Origin: Eledone cirrhosa
Taxonomy: Eukaryota
Direction of reading: 5' to 3'
NCBI GenBank assembly: GCA_964016885.1
Contig: OZ024755.1
Location: 32,736,001 to 32,800,000 of the forward strand
Length of the DNA: 64,000 nucleotides
A program made the position numbers and the translations under genes. The notes beneath the pieces were generated by a model. That model did not search any database and was not told where the DNA came from. It saw only the letters and a program-made list of their open reading frames with translations. Shown piece by piece: positions 13,236 through 28,294 of this stretch (positions within the stretch are counted from its first letter, which is position 1; each line of letters opens with the position of its first letter).

Positions 13236-14309
13236 TGTTCATATGCTGAAAACTTGTAACTAAGATGAATGGTGACGTGTGAAATGAAAATTATTAACAA
13301 TTAACCAAATTCTATTGCAGTCTTTTTGTCAAAGACTGAACCAGTGTGGAACTCTCTCAGAAATGTTAAAAAGAAAAAAAAAATGAAATCCATATTATTG
13401 TGTATATCCATACAGTATTTCCCAGCATGGTGTAAGAAGTTGGTGTCAGGAAGCACATCTGACTGTAAAACATTGCCTCAAAATTCCTATCCAACTCATG
13501 CCAGCATGGTAAAGTCGATGTAAAAATGATGATGATGACTATGTCTATGTAACTGAAAGACTGCCAGTGTCTTAGTAACTACAACAATCTTATAAAGTAT
13601 CTTATATTTCCTCCAACTGACTGAAGTATAAAATGAGTATAAAATATATTTATGAAGTTTTAATATTTTCATGTTTAAAATACTTTAAGTGTTGTTTAAA
13701 GTATAGTTTTTGTTTCACAACTCCATTACATAACGAGTTTCCATTTTGTTAAATTTCGACAAGTTTCTCAAATTTTTGTCAACTTGCAACCACCCACATG
13801 CTAAGAGTATTTTGAAAATAAAGAGATCAAATAAGAGAACTTTGTATGGGGACTCATAGAGTAGAAGAGGGAGGGAAAGATAGCAAGCAAGAAAAGAAAG
13901 GGGCAAGAGAGAGAGAGAGAGAGAGAGCAATAAAATATAAGTCAAGTAAGATTTCAATCTAACGCAAGATTGAAAGAGAAAGTATTAAGTCAGAGCAAAC
14001 ATGTATGTGTATGTGTGTGGGATATTAATGTATTAAAAATGCAAATTATTAAAATTTGTTGGAAATATTTTCAAGGAAATGCATAAAAAAAACACCAATG
14101 ACAACGTAGTAAATGTAGAAAAACAGATATTTTAGCAACTTAGTTATGTAGAAATAGAAATTGATGAAAATTGGCAAAATATTGACCCCCTAATATAAGC
14201 CAATCCCATTTTACCATCGATTATTTACTACATATTTCTCTGCTTATATTCGAGTATATCAGATAAATAAAGGATATAATTGGACAATAGAGTTCGTAGC
14301 ATATAAATG

Positions 14310-14625
14310 ATCACAACAAGATCACCTTTCATCATAAGGTTGTGTCAACTAGGGTTGATCTGGGGCTAAACAACAATGTAGTTTATTTTGAGCCACAAAG
14401 GTAAGGGTTAGTGGCTCAAGATAGGATTATCACAACAGGATCACCTTTCGTCATAAGCTTGTGTCAACTAGGGTTGATCTGGGGCTAAACAACAATGCAG
14501 TTTATTTTGACCCACGAAGGGAAAGCTTAGTGGCTCAAAACAGGAACACTTTTCATCATAGGGCTGTGTCAATCAGGGTTGATCTAGGGCTAAATAACAA
14601 CACTGAAGTTTATTTTGAGCCACTA
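14310..14625. repeat. ~120-bp unit, about 3 diverged tandem copies
   Basis: TGTGTCAACTAGGGTTGATCTGGGGCTAAACAAC...TTTTGAGCCAC recurs three times; internal hairpin TTGAGCCAC...GTGGCTCAA. Confidence 0.75.
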
Positions 14626-15312
14626 ACGGAAGGCTTCTGAATAGTCACTCTACCTGATAGAAATAACAACTAAATTTTTCTCACATTGCACTTTACCACC
14701 TAAAGAAGGTACACATAGGATAATGCTTTTCTGGATATAGAAAAATGCAAGATAATATATTAAATTACATGAACAAGGATGAAACTGGTGAGAGAATGGT
14801 ATTTCTCCTAGTTCACTAATGACTTAAAGTAGTTTTGATCAGCTAAAATCAAATGCAGCAATGAAAGAAAAATGAAAATAATAAATATAATTTTAATAAA
14901 CTGTAAATAAATAACTTTTATTGTGGCTCATTTTTTGTTTGTTTATAAAGAACCATTATGAAGAGTCTGAATTTCTTACATATACATTGGAATGAAATGA
15001 AAATTATTGTTATAAAGATGGAATAGCTTTTAAAGGAATTACATTTAGTATATGACAACAGTGAAGCAAGAACACTAAAATAGATTATTTCCTTGGGAAT
15101 TTCAAAGCTGTTGTTTTCAAATGAATAATTTCAATAATCAACTTATTTATAACACTATCCATAAGTGGGTACAGATTATATCTTAAAGTAAGTGCAACCT
15201 GTTGTTATAAAATATATTGCAATAAAGTAAAAGACATGACAATCAAATTAAGTTATATTAAAATAAAGGCAGATAGCGAAACACTTAGAAACATCATACT
15301 GAAGGTCAGCAG

Positions 15313-15376
<64 letters not shown>

Positions 15377-15438
15377 TTGTGTGGGGGGGGATATGTGTGT
15401 GTATGTATGTGTGTGTGTGTGTGTGTTTATATATGTGC

Positions 15439-15543
<105 letters not shown>

Positions 15544-16290
15544 CACACATACACACACATATATATAAAGATAAATAACACAAAAAAGGAGAACTATAAG
15601 TGGTCAATGGTTATACTAGAAATAACACCTAAATCTCTCTCAAAACATAATCTAGCATCTTAAAACAAAAAGAACAAATTGGATAATGTAGTTATAGATA
15701 AAATATGTATCCAAAAATAAAATAAAATGAGATAATCATGGTTGGAATATTGTTTACCATAAGACTTTTGAATCAGGTCAAACCTGGGGCTAAAGAAATA
15801 GATAGATTTTTATTTGCGTTCCAGCCGACAGGCTGACGCCATGCTGGGGCATCACTCTTTCTCTCTCTGTCTCTCTCTTTCGTACCTAATTTTCCACTTT
15901 ATTACCAAATAGCAATTGGTTGACTCACTGATAGAATAAAAAGTTTGAAGGTATCAATTTGGTCCTCTAATGATTATAGATAGGCAGCAAACTGACAGAA
16001 CCATTGGAACATCAGATAAAATGCTTTGCTGTATTCATTCCAGCACTCTACACACAATGCCCAGGTCTCACTACCATGCAACAATGCTATTCGAGTGCAC
16101 ACATCATACAGTTTGCCTTTCATTTTGAGCGAAAAGTCTTTTGTAGTTAGCAGTGGTAGTAGTTCCCTGAACTTCTTTCATGCCGTTCTTACAGAACACC
16201 CACCCCCATTGCTATATATATATATATATATATACAATGATATTAAATAAATGGAAACTATATTTATAAAACCATATTTATAAAACCATA

Positions 16291-16355
16291 TTTATTCTAT
16301 TATATATATTTCAAGGGTACCAAAACTTTGGTATGCTTTCATCAGATAAAATAAA
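16291..16355 (-). ncRNA. Type I hammerhead ribozyme motif (family B)
   Basis: Minus strand: tttattttat-CTGATGA-aagcataccaaagttttggtaccctt-GAA-ATATATAT-A|atagaataaa. Helix I is 10 bp, helix II is a hairpin, helix III is palindromic, and the cleavage triplet is AUA. Confidence 0.8.
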
Positions 16356-16551
16356 GTTTGTTTTATAAATTTTGACATAACCAAGAAAAGATACCCTAAC
16401 GGTTAAACATTTATATTTGTTGAATTACCAACAAATTGAATATCCCTTTTGCTTATATATATATATATATACATACATACTCACGCACATGCATATATAT
16501 ATATCTATCTATATATATACATACATATATATATATACATATATACATAGG

Positions 16552-16803
16552 TCGTGTACGTGTCACGGCAAAAAAAACACAGTCCACGCTGTAATGTGGC
16601 CGTGTAGGTAACACGGTAAAAACCTCCCAGTCCACACTGTAAACGTGGTTGGTGTTAGGAAGGGCATCCAGCCGTAGAAAACCCGCGAGACAGTCCTATG
16701 CGAGCAAGACAACCACTCTTTCCTCAAGTGGGAAAACTCCCGTCCAAACCCATGCAAGCGTGGAAGATAGACGTTAAACGATGATGATGATGATGATGAT
16801 GAT
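16552..16803 (+). mobile_element. RTE-type 3' tail fragment ending in (ATG)n
   Basis: Homologous to 61545-61830 and to the SINE B tail (GGTTGGTGTTAGGAAGGGCATCCAGCCGTAGAAA). Confidence 0.8.
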
Positions 16804-18077
16804 ACATACATGTATATAAATATATGTATACATATATATATATATATATACATATATACATACATACATATATATACACATACATATATATATACATACA
16901 TATATATATATACATACATGTATATAAATATATGTATATATATATATATATATACACACACATATATATATATATATACACACACACTAAGTCAATTGAG
17001 TTTACCCTAATGTAAATAAAAAGAAACAAGAGGAATGGAAAAATTGCTGTTCATGTAAAATTGATTTTGTTTTTGTTGGTTTGGATCCTTTATTTAATCA
17101 ACAAGAATGAGTTAATATCTTAGCCTTCTGTGATACTCTATCATTCAGAAGATGAAATAAACTATTTTATTACAGCTGAAAATCAATTTACAAAAGTAGA
17201 TATATAGTTATTCATATCAATAATATAAATATTTATCAATCCCTGAATAGCAATTTTTATGAAATACTACAATTTTTAGAGGAACGGTTTTCTAGTAAAT
17301 TAATCATTTAAGCTATTGACAAAAAATCTGAATAACCATAAAGGGCATAAGGGTTTTACAATAATGCACAAACGGGAAAACAAAAAAAGAGGCAATTTCA
17401 TCAGAGGAGACATATAAGTGGATATCTAATTTAACCAACACGCCTGAGATTATCACAAATATAATGCATAGCTGTCTATTTTTTTAAATGTTCATATTTA
17501 AATTAAAACATTTCATGATAATTTTATGTGAAAACCTTTAAAGTTATGTTTTAAGCAATGCCTTAATATAACAATTAATGAAAAAAATTAAGTATTTTCC
17601 CTCTAAATTTGTGATTATTTTCAAGATGAACTGCAATTTTTAACTGTGTATTTCTTTTAAAATATATTCACTAAAGAGTTAGAATTCTTCAGTTGGCTTA
17701 AATGTATATTTAGATTAATAGCCTAATTCTTAGCTTCTCTTTTGGACATAAGGGAGTTTATATTAAACATACTAGGCTTTGTTCACAAACTAAATTTAAA
17801 CATTATTGGTATTTAGTTAAGAGTCGGTAAAATCTGGTGAGAAAATGAAGTTATTGTATGAGTCATGCATCACCTGAGATTATTGATATATGTATCAAAC
17901 AAAATATTAACCCTTCTTAAAAAGTCATCTTCTGATTCTTATGGTATCATTGTTAAACCAAGTGTGTTGGCCCTCCATTAACTCTGAGAATGAGTGTTCC
18001 AGTTCTTCTATCAATGGAACAGCCTGCTCGTAAAATTAATGTGTAAATGGGTGAGCATTCCACAGGCACGTATACTC

Positions 18078-18482
18078 TTAACCCTTTAGCCTTTACATTA
18101 CTCTATATATACTATTATATTTTATTGGTAAAGGCTTTATCTCACATAATATCGAATCTATGAGATTTGGATATTATTGTGTTCAGACCTGATGTATATC
18201 TATGTTTCATGAAAGAGTTAATGCAGGATCAGTAGTACTATTAAGTGGTTATATATGGTACTATGACATCTAGTCTTGCAGAATTTGACATTAACCCTTT
18301 ACCATTCACATTACTCTATATATACTATTGTATTTTCACGGTAAATAAATATTTCACATAATATCGAATCTATGAGATTTTTTTTATTTTGAGAACAATA
18401 CCTTAACATAAGTATAAACAGCCAGTTACAGAGATGAGAGAATTCTGGCCAGATACGGCCGGTTTAAATGCTAAAGGGTTAA
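18078..18482 (+). mobile_element. TTAA MITE (partial copy plus full copy)
   Basis: TTAA|CCCTTTAGC... and ...ATGCTAAAGGG|TTAA termini. Confidence 0.8.
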
Positions 18483-19794
18483 TGTCAAGAAAACTGGGAC
18501 AAGCACCATCGGGCTGAAGACAGACTTTAGACCATTTTTAAACCAAAATTAGTTAACTATTTTTGTCTTTTACTTAACCTTCTTTCTAAATATTAGGGAT
18601 GTCTGATATATATATATGCTGATGCATGTTATATGCCAATAAATACAGTAATTAGAACAAAGAAATATACAGACAAAGAAGAATTTTATCTAAAATGAGA
18701 AACAATACTCCTAAAATATGAAAACACACAATCTAAATAATAGATTTTACACTAGTAGATTTCTCTGTATTATGATTGAGTATTTATTCTAGACATTTTC
18801 CTCCATTCTGGTGTCAGATTGCTTCATCTAGAAAATTATCTAGATAATTGTCAGAAAGTGTGCCCTGTCACAATGCATTAAATCTCATGGCTGCTCTAGA
18901 TAGTGATCCCTTTTCCTGGAGTTGACATGTAGCTTGCTGTGTAATAAGTTCTAATTAGTTATACATAAATGATTCAAAATTACAGATTACACCTCCAAAC
19001 TTCATTGATATATTTTCAGTCATCACCCTACACCACAGCTGCCCCCTACAGGCTCAGCTAAACAATAAAATTAAGGCTTTCCCCCCATAGCTGCTGGTGC
19101 TGATGTTGATAGCAATGGTGTTAGTGGTGGTGTTTGGATAATTGATTGCTTTACGCTAAAACAGGGCTAAAACAGGAACGTACAGCATTCATTTATAAAG
19201 CTACCGAACAGCATATTATCACATTTATCAAAAGTTTATATTAATGACTCATAACACATAATCAACTCCATTTATGAGTACTTCAATAGATTTGATTCTC
19301 TATGTGATTATATACCTAAAGAAATGTATGATAGATGCTGCACACATGCACATATTTGTGTCACATATCCAAGACACAAACAAACATGCACATGTCTGCA
19401 TAAAGTCACTTATTCCTCATCTATACACACTAAAAAAAAAACCTCTCAATTCAGCGGGGATCATCTTAGGGTATCTGCAAATTGAAATTAACAGTACTTA
19501 AATGAACTTTTTCCTTGCATCCTCATCATTAAGTGTTAGGCTCATTTAGAAGCTAATCTATTATTTATGAGCCCTATTTTTTTGTTCTTTAATGAAGATA
19601 AAAGCAATGATTTAAACTTGCAAAGAGGAATTAAATAAAAACGCTGGAGAAATTAATGTAAATAAATCAGGTGAAAAACATATCTTGCAAGGTTTCCTGT
19701 TTGTTTTAATAGCATTATCTGAGGTGGAGAAATAGAATTTTCAAACATTTCGGATTAATTAAAAATGATATTGATGAATAACAAACTTATCACG

Positions 19795-19931
19795 CATACA
19801 CATACACACATGTAAATACACACACACATACATATATACACACATACTTGCATACACACCCACACACAAACACTGCACACATGCATACACATACATACAC
19901 ACGCTATATATATATACACACATATATATAC

Positions 19932-19963
<32 letters not shown>

Positions 19964-20401
19964 TACACACACAGTTGCATGCACACCCACACACAAACAC
20001 TGCACACATGCATACACATACATACACACGCTATATATATATATACACACACATATATACAACTATATATATTTATATATATATATATATACACACACAC
20101 ATACACACACAGTTGCATGCACACCCACACACAAACACTGCACATATGCATGCACACCCACACACACAAACACTACACACACACATATATACATCTATAT
20201 ATACACATATATACATATACACATATGTATATACATATACACATATATACACATATATATACACACATATGTACATATATATATACACACACACACACAC
20301 ACTATATATATATACACATATATACATCTATATATACACATATATACATATACACATATATACATACATATGTACATATATATATATACACACACACACA
20401 T

Positions 20402-20430
<29 letters not shown>
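19795..20430. repeat. Compound (CA)/(TA) microsatellite with internal duplications
   Basis: Directly visible. Confidence 0.92.
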
Positions 20431-20432
<2 letters not shown>

Positions 20433-20641
20433 GAGTTTTCTGGGGAATATATTGTAAAACATGGTATTTTATCACTTTTCAAGTTATTAACTAAATTGAA
20501 GTATTTCTAAGTGAGACATCGGGGAGACAGTAAATAAATGAAGGTAATTTCCTGCTACTTGCTTTCCCTGATAATTGTAATATTTGTAATAAACATTGAG
20601 TGAATGCTTATATCAATTTCATATTAACTTTTAAATACAAC

Positions 20642-21270
20642 AATAACTGTTTTTACTTCTGGAACAAGGCCAGCAATTACCCCAGTACATTACTGGTGCT
20701 TTATTTTATAGTCCCCGTAATAATTGTTTCTACTTTAGGCACAAGGCCAGCAATTACCCCAGTGCATTACTGGTACTTTATTTTATAGTCCCCGTAATAA
20801 TTGTTTCTACTTTAGGCACAAGGCCAGCAATTACCCCAGTGCATTACTGGTACTTTATTTTATAGTCCCCGTAATAATTGTTTCTACTTTAGGCACAAGG
20901 CCAGCAATTATCCCAGTGCGTTACTGGTGCTTTATTTTATAGTCCCCGTAATATTTGTTTCTACTTTAGGCACAAGGCCAGCAATTACCCCAGTGCATTA
21001 CTGGTACTTTATTTTATAGTCCCCGTAATAATTGTTTCTACTTTAGGCACAAGGCCAGCAATTACCCCAGTGCATTACTAGTACTTTATTTTATAGTCCC
21101 CGTAATAATTGTTTCTACTTTAGACACAAGGCCAGCAATTACCCCAGTGCATTACTGGTACTTTATTTTATTGACCTCCGAAGGATGGATGGCAAAGTTT
21201 CACCTGGGCAGGATTTGAACTCAGAACTTAAAGAACCAGAACAAATAATGCAAAGGCATTTTATCCCATT
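20642..21270 (-). repeat. SINE A with its 77-bp 3' segment amplified about 7x in tandem
   Basis: TAATTGTTTCTACTTTAGGCACAAGG...TAGTCCCCGTAA has period 77 (20721, 20798, ...) and runs into the SINE body. Confidence 0.9.
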
Positions 21271-21397
21271 GTAGTCATCATCATCATCATCATCATCATT
21301 TTATGTCTGCTTTTCCCTGCTTGCAAGGGTGGGACGGGTCCTATTCAGCACAGCATCTCTCCACTGGTCACGGTCCTTCGTCATCTCCTCCGTGATA

Positions 21398-21745
21398 ATA
21401 ATTGTTTCTACTGTTGGCACAAGCTTGCAATTACCCCAGTGTATTACTGGTACTTTATTTTATCGACCCCGTAAGGATGAAAAGCAAAGTTAATCTCGGC
21501 GGGATTTGAACTCAGAAGGTAAAGGGCCATAACTATGCTGCAAAGTATAGTGTCTGGATGCTCTACCGATAATGCCAATCCACCACCTTACATGGTGGTA
21601 AAAGGCGATAACTATGCTGCAAAGCATATTGGCTGACGCTCTACTGATGTTGCCAATCCACTGCCTTATATTGTGGTAAAGGGCCATAACACTATGCTGC
21701 AAAGCATGGTGTCTGACCCACTACCGGTACTGCCAATCCACTGCA
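21398..21745 (-). mobile_element. SINE A with triplicated tRNA-like head
   Basis: AACTATGCTGCAAAG...TGCCAATCCAC appears three times. Confidence 0.8.
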
Positions 21746-21813
21746 TTTAATAATAATAATAGAAGTAGGAAATAAAATAAGAATTTCAGAAAATTTGAAT
21801 TCTTATCAATTGT

Positions 21814-22411
21814 ATTAACCCTGATATATTACAAATATATTAATACTTTATATTAACCCTGATATATTACAAATATATTAATACTTTATATTAACCCTGA
21901 TATATTACAAATATATTAATACTTTATATTAACCCTGATATATTACAAATATATTAATACTTTATATTAACCCTGATATATTACAAATATATTAATACTT
22001 TATATTAACCCTGATATATTACAAATATATTAATACTTTATATTAACCCTGATATATTACAAATATATTAATACTTTATATTAACCCTGATATATAACAA
22101 ATATATTAATACTTTATATTAACCCTGATATATTACAAATATATTAATACTTTATATTAACCCTGATATATTACAAATATATTAACTCTGATATATTACA
22201 AATATATTAATACTTTATATTAACCCTGATATATTACAAATATATTAATACTTTATATTAACCCTGATATATTACAAATATATTAATACTTTATATTAAC
22301 CCTGATATATTACAAATATATTAATACTTTATATTAACCCTGATATATTACAAATATATTAATACTTTATATTAACCCTGATATATTACAAATATATTAA
22401 TACTTTATATA
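21814..22411. repeat. 38-bp AT-rich minisatellite, about 15-16 near-identical copies
   Basis: TATTAACCCTGATATATTACAAATATATTAATACTTTA, period 38. Confidence 0.95.
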
Positions 22412-22897
22412 TTTTATTCTCTGAGAGAGGGATGGGGAGGAGGTTTCCTTTAGTTATGGCTCACCATGGGTTTGCCCCTAGAAAGTTCCTCTCTGAGGCA
22501 TAAGCCTGGGCAAGGTATTTTTGTGGGAGACCAGCAAGCGCATAGATTTAATAATGAGAAAGTTAGTTGTATTAATAAATATTTCCAAATTTTTTATTAT
22601 TTTCAAAATGATTTGAAAATCATAATTATTTTTTTCCACTAGAAATACGGTAATAAAAGGGTTAAGGTGTTTATCTAAAGGGTTAAAGTGTTTATCTAAA
22701 AATATTCTATGATAATTTTATGTAAGAAATTTTGTTATATTATGTTCCAAACAGCAGTTTAACGAAAAGGTTAGTTATATTCACTAAATCCATCATAATA
22801 TTTGAATATTTAAAAAAATGATTTTTAAATCATTGGTGGTGACTTTCATTAGAAATATGGAAGAGTTAAATAGTATAAGATATGTTTGGTGCACTAT

Positions 22898-23080
22898 AAT
22901 TGTTTCTACTTTTGGCACAAGGCCAGCAATTATCCCAGTGTATTACTGGTACTTTATTTTATCGACCCCGTAAGGATGAAAGGCAAAGTTAACCTCAGCG
23001 GGATTTGAACTCAGAATGGAAAGGGCCGTAACTCTTTGCTGCAAAGCATGGCATCCGACCCTCTACCGATACTGCCAATT
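22898..23080 (-). mobile_element. SINE family A copy
   Basis: Matches the family consensus. Further copies or fragments lie at about 31556, 34237, 45925, 46606, 46860, 51870, 58273 and 58457. Confidence 0.88.
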
Positions 23081-24080
23081 CAGACTGTCAGCTTGTTATA
23101 GAAATAATTAAGACTTACATGTCCTCACTACACATGGTAGAATGCCTGTGGCAAGGTCTGTATTAACAATCCAAGAGTTATACATCTGATGAGCTTAACT
23201 GATAATATTAATCATTTTCAATAACTGTACATTAAATATTTCATTCCTATAAGCAGTTTTATTGTTGAAACCTAATTCTAGTACTTGATGTATATTCAAT
23301 TTCATAAATTCATATTTTACTCCTCTGAGGTGAAAAAAAAAGAAAGTAAATGTATAGCTCCAATTTCATAGACTTAAGTAGATGAAATATAAATCTTTCT
23401 CTGATATAGCTTGTCAGTCTGTTATTGATATTATTCTCTAACTTACCAATTATTTATTGTTGCTATTGTTACAGTTCAGGTCCAGCCAGTCTTGAACAAG
23501 AAAACCTATGATTAACTCAAAGTTCAGTGCCATATGAAACAACACTATTAGCAAGACATTCTTGAAAAGTATAAAGCAAAACAACCCAATAAAAAAGCAA
23601 CACAATGACTACATCCAATTAAAAAAGGCAACACAATGACTACATGCCATTAAAAAAGGCAACACAATGACTACATCCCATTAAAAAGGGCAACGCCATG
23701 ACTACAACCCATTAAAAATTAAAGCCTTTAAAGCCAAATTTTCACAATGATCTCTCCCCTAGTAATGATACTATAACCAGCCAGAATTATCTTTCTGTTC
23801 AAACTGGCCACTCATACTTATGTTAAGGAATTGTTCTCAAAATAAATAATATCAAAATCTTCTAGATTCGATATAAAGTGAGATAATTATGTCATAAAGT
23901 GTTTACTGTGAAAATACAATAGTAAATATAGAGTAGTGTAAATGCTAAAGGGATAAACATTTGAATTAAGAAATTTGACTTAGATATTTTCTACTAAATC
24001 ATTCAACTGAATTGAGGCTCATTCATTAGCTTATGGTGTGAGTGTAACTCTTTAAACATCAGCTCACCAAAAACTGACTA

Positions 24081-24301
24081 TTAACCTTTTAACATTTACA
24101 TTACTCTATATATACTATTGTATTTTTGTGGTAAAGGCTTTACCTCACATAATTATCTCACATAATATCGTATCAATGAAATTTTGATATTATTTATTTT
24201 GAGAACAATACCTTAACATCAAAACAAAAGGCTAGTTACAGCCTGTTTCAACAGAAGGAGATGAGAGAATTCTGGCCGGATACAGCCAGCTAAAGGGTTA
24301 A
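24081..24301 (+). mobile_element. TTAA MITE
   Basis: Homolog of 56669-56884; other copies at about 23770-23957 (reverse) and 26223-26550. Confidence 0.8.
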
Positions 24302-24959
24302 AGTATTCAAATTTAAATTCAAACCTTGGACTGATATCTCATTATGACATGACAGATAATATTGAATTTTAATGATTAAATATTTGTCTCATATTAAGTT
24401 CGACGTTAATTATTTCATTAAACTCTCAAAATACAGTTTATTCTTGTCAGAGATATGGTAAAAAAAAGGGTTAAAGCTTCTGATCTTCTGCACACACTAA
24501 ATGGTTGGTGACCATTCTATGTGGCAGACGATATTGTTCCAGTATTGCCTCTACTACAATGAATGTTTAACATTGTTCTTGTGACCATAAAGCAATCACA
24601 AGGTCCATTGCTGAAGTAAACATCTGGCAAGAGAGGTGAACTAAATTATGCAGAATTGAGTTCTCTCTAAAGATAAAAATATGTTGTAGTGCAAGGTTGG
24701 GTAAACTACAGCTCACGGGCCAAATACGCCCTTCCAAAGAGTTTTGTGCAGCCTGTGGAAGCATTCGGCAAATTAATAAAGAAAACAAAAATCAACAAAT
24801 TTTGGTATATAATACTTAAGCCGAGACTAGATATAGTAACATTTTTGAGACTAGATCGAGTAACATTTTTGAGACTAGATCGAGTTACATTTTTTAGACT
24901 AGATCTAGTTACACTTTTGTACTACAATGTAGTGGATTGAATTCATAAGAAAATCAATA

Positions 24960-25900
24960 AAAAGAAAGGTATCAATAAATGTTCTACCAACTAAACAATA
25001 CTGATAATTCTCTAGCAATAAACGAAAACAGGTATCAACATCCAACAGCAAATCAAACAGTCATCCTTTGTCAATAATGAACAAAATATTCACCAGTGAC
25101 TCAGAATGTTAAACTTGTTCCTCCACCACTGAATGAAAATATTCAGTAGCATCTGTAAGAGAACTGATAGTCAGCATCCATAAGCAATAAACATCACATC
25201 ACATCACATTATGTCACATGTAGTAGGTGTGAAAAATACAGTTGTAGATCCAGAAAAGACTTCAGAAAAAAATATCCTTTTTTACTAATATGATGGCTTC
25301 GATCAGCAAAGTTCTTGCTACAGCATGTATATCTCCATTTCTTTTTCTTATTGATGTTCTGGGTTTCATGTACAACATATCTACAGTGAAAAAATGAAGA
25401 AAGTTGATGGAGGGTGTGAGTTCTGGGCACATCATACTGCATCAAGCTTCCTCGTTCTTTCCCTGTACAAGCACCATTTTGAAAAGATTACCCATGTATA
25501 GATGACAGTTGAGACAGTTTGAACGTATATTAATAGACCGGATTTCTTCAACATCTTCACCTTACAATTCTAGTAGTTAAGGCCTTGTTCTTCATGCATT
25601 GCAGCAGACAAAAAAAAAAAAAAATAAAAAAAAATAAAAATAAAAAAAAATACAAAGTCTTTTCTCTAGTGACACTTGAATGAAAATTATATCTGGATTG
25701 GATTTGACTTCAGTATTTACAGATTTATAATTCCATATGAAGAGTAAAGGAACAACAGACATGATAAGAACTTCTACCAAATTTTGAAACTATTATTAAA
25801 TTTTCTTTCTTCATATTCTGCTTCATTCTTCTTTCAGTCCCTTTCCTTAGCACTTTCTTTTCTCTTGTCATTCAAGTGAGTGATCACCAAAAGAAATATG
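24960..25900 (-). pseudogene. Heavily degraded pogo/Tigger-like (DDE_1) transposase relic
   Basis: Minus-strand pieces occur in the expected order: LIMSVVPLLF...EKRLC, VCCNA, VLVQGKNEEA*C, RTLLI, GSTTVFFTPTTCDIM*CDVM. They resemble pogo motifs NMDxxPL, EKRxCT, NAWC, LLxxD and PPxCTxxxQPLDV, with many stops and frameshifts. Confidence 0.45.
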
Positions 25901-27242
25901 TTGAAGTAGAGATACAACACCAATAAAATACACAGCCATTTTGTATAGTTGTGTATTATTTTTTTCAATATAACAAAATAGACATTTATAAGATAGTAAG
26001 CGAACAGAACACATGCTATATAAATATTACGCTTAATAAATACAAGGTTTATAGAATATTTATCATGCACAATGCATTATCCCCACATACCAACAAAAAG
26101 AAAATAAGTGAATGGAATATTTGTAATTACACTTCATTTATGAATTATTTAAGACTTTAGTTACTATAAGTTTTATTAAATTGTACCACAAATCTATGTT
26201 ACTATCCATCATTCACTCTCTCTTAACCCTTGACCACTTACATTACTCTATATATACTATTGTATTTTCATGGTAAAGGCTTTACCTCACATAACATTTA
26301 CATTACTCTATATATACTATTGTATTTTCACAGTAAAGGCTTTACCTCACATAATATCTCACATAACATTTACATTACTCTATATATACTATTGTATTTT
26401 CATGGTAAAGGTTTTACCTCACATAATTATCTCTATGAAATTTTGATATTTATTTTGAGAACAATGCCTTAACATAAGTATGAGCAGCTGATTACAGCCA
26501 GTTTGAACAGGAAGTGGTGAGAGAATTTTGGCCGGATATGGCCGGTTTAAAATGACACAACTTTATTGCTATCCCATCACATTACTCATGCTGTTTTCTA
26601 TTCAACCTTCTACCAACTAAGAATAATCAACCTGTTGCTATCAGTCTTCCATTATTCCCTTTATTATCACCCAACCATGCTCATAAGCTCTCTTATTTCT
26701 TTCTTGGTCATATTTGCCTTGAAAGAACAGCGACCGTAACTCTATACCACAAAGCATGTTGTCCAACGCTCCATAGATACTGCCAATAAACCATTACATT
26801 ACAGGTAGCATTTTGCCCTAGCTTTGGGCTTTGATATACAAAAATAATTTAGGGTATAGTTATTTTTTGTGGGAGTCGAGGGTAAATGATAAAATATATG
26901 AAGCCAAAGCTGAAAATAACAATGGAAAGGTTAAGAATTATTGACATAGCTTATTCTGCTTCGACTGGAAACATTTATAGTTGTTTTGTTATAGGTCAGC
27001 CATGATTGAACAGACGTGATAAAAGCCTTCAAGTCATGAATAGCCATCGTATATAAAAGAATACATTCTCTAATGTAATCCTTCTCTTTTGAAGTTGTAG
27101 ATGATCATATATGAAATGAAATACCCCCGCTGCTGCCCAATACTTTTATAAAGTTCCTCCTTTAAATCGGCAATTGCCCATGAAGTAAGTTTACTTTCTC
27201 CACACAACCAATGAAGTCGAGAGGGACATGGGGGGGGGGGGG

Positions 27243-27336
27243 AGAAAGAGAAGAGAGAGAAAGAGAAGAGAGAGAGAGAGAGAGAGAGAGGAAGAGATGA
27301 GAGAGAGAAGAGAGAGAGGAAGAGATGAGAGAGAGA

Positions 27337-27373
<37 letters not shown>

Positions 27374-27568
27374 AGAGAAAGAGAGAGAAAGAGGAGAGAG
27401 AAGAGAGAGAGAGAGAAGAGAAGAGAGAGAGAGAGAGAAGAGAAGAGAGAGAGAGACAGACAGAGAAGAGAGACAGAGACAGAGAAACAGAGAAGAGAGA
27501 GAGAGAGAGAGAGAAGAGAGAGAGAGACAGACAGAGAAGAGAGACAGAGACAGAGAAACAGAGAAGAG

Positions 27569-27601
<33 letters not shown>

Positions 27602-27626
27602 GAGAGAGAGAGAAGAGAGAGGAGAG

Positions 27627-27660
<34 letters not shown>

Positions 27661-28223
27661 GAGAGAGAGAGGAGAGGAGAGAGAGAGAGAGAGAGGAGAG
27701 AGAGACAGAGGAGAGAGAGAGGAGAGAGAGACAGAGAAGGGAGGGAGAGAGAGACAGAGAAGGGAGAGAGACAGAGAAGGGAGAGAGACAGAGAAGGGAG
27801 GGAGAGAGAGACAGAGAAGGGAGGGAGAGAGAGACAGAGAAGGGAGAGAGACAGAGAAGGGAGGGAGAGAGAGACAGAGAAGGGAGGGAGAGAGAGACAG
27901 AGAAGGGAGGGAGACAGAGAAGGGAGAGAGACAGAGAAGGGAGGGAGAGAGAGAGAGAGACAGAGAAGGGAGGGAGAGAGAGACAGGGAGGGAGAGAGAG
28001 ACAGAGAAGGGAGGGAGAGAGAGACAGAGAAGGGAGGGAGAGAGAGACAGGGAGGGAGAGAGAGACAGAGAAGGGAGGGAGAGAGAGACAGAGAAGGGAG
28101 GGAGAGAGAGACAGGGAGGGAGAGAGAGACAGAGAAGGGAGAGAGAGAGAGAGAGCGCGAGATAGAGAGAGAGCGAGATAGAGAGAGCGCGAGATAGAGA
28201 GAGAGCGAGATAGAGAGAGAGCG

Positions 28224-28254
<31 letters not shown>

Positions 28255-28259
28255 GAGAG

Positions 28260-28294
<35 letters not shown>

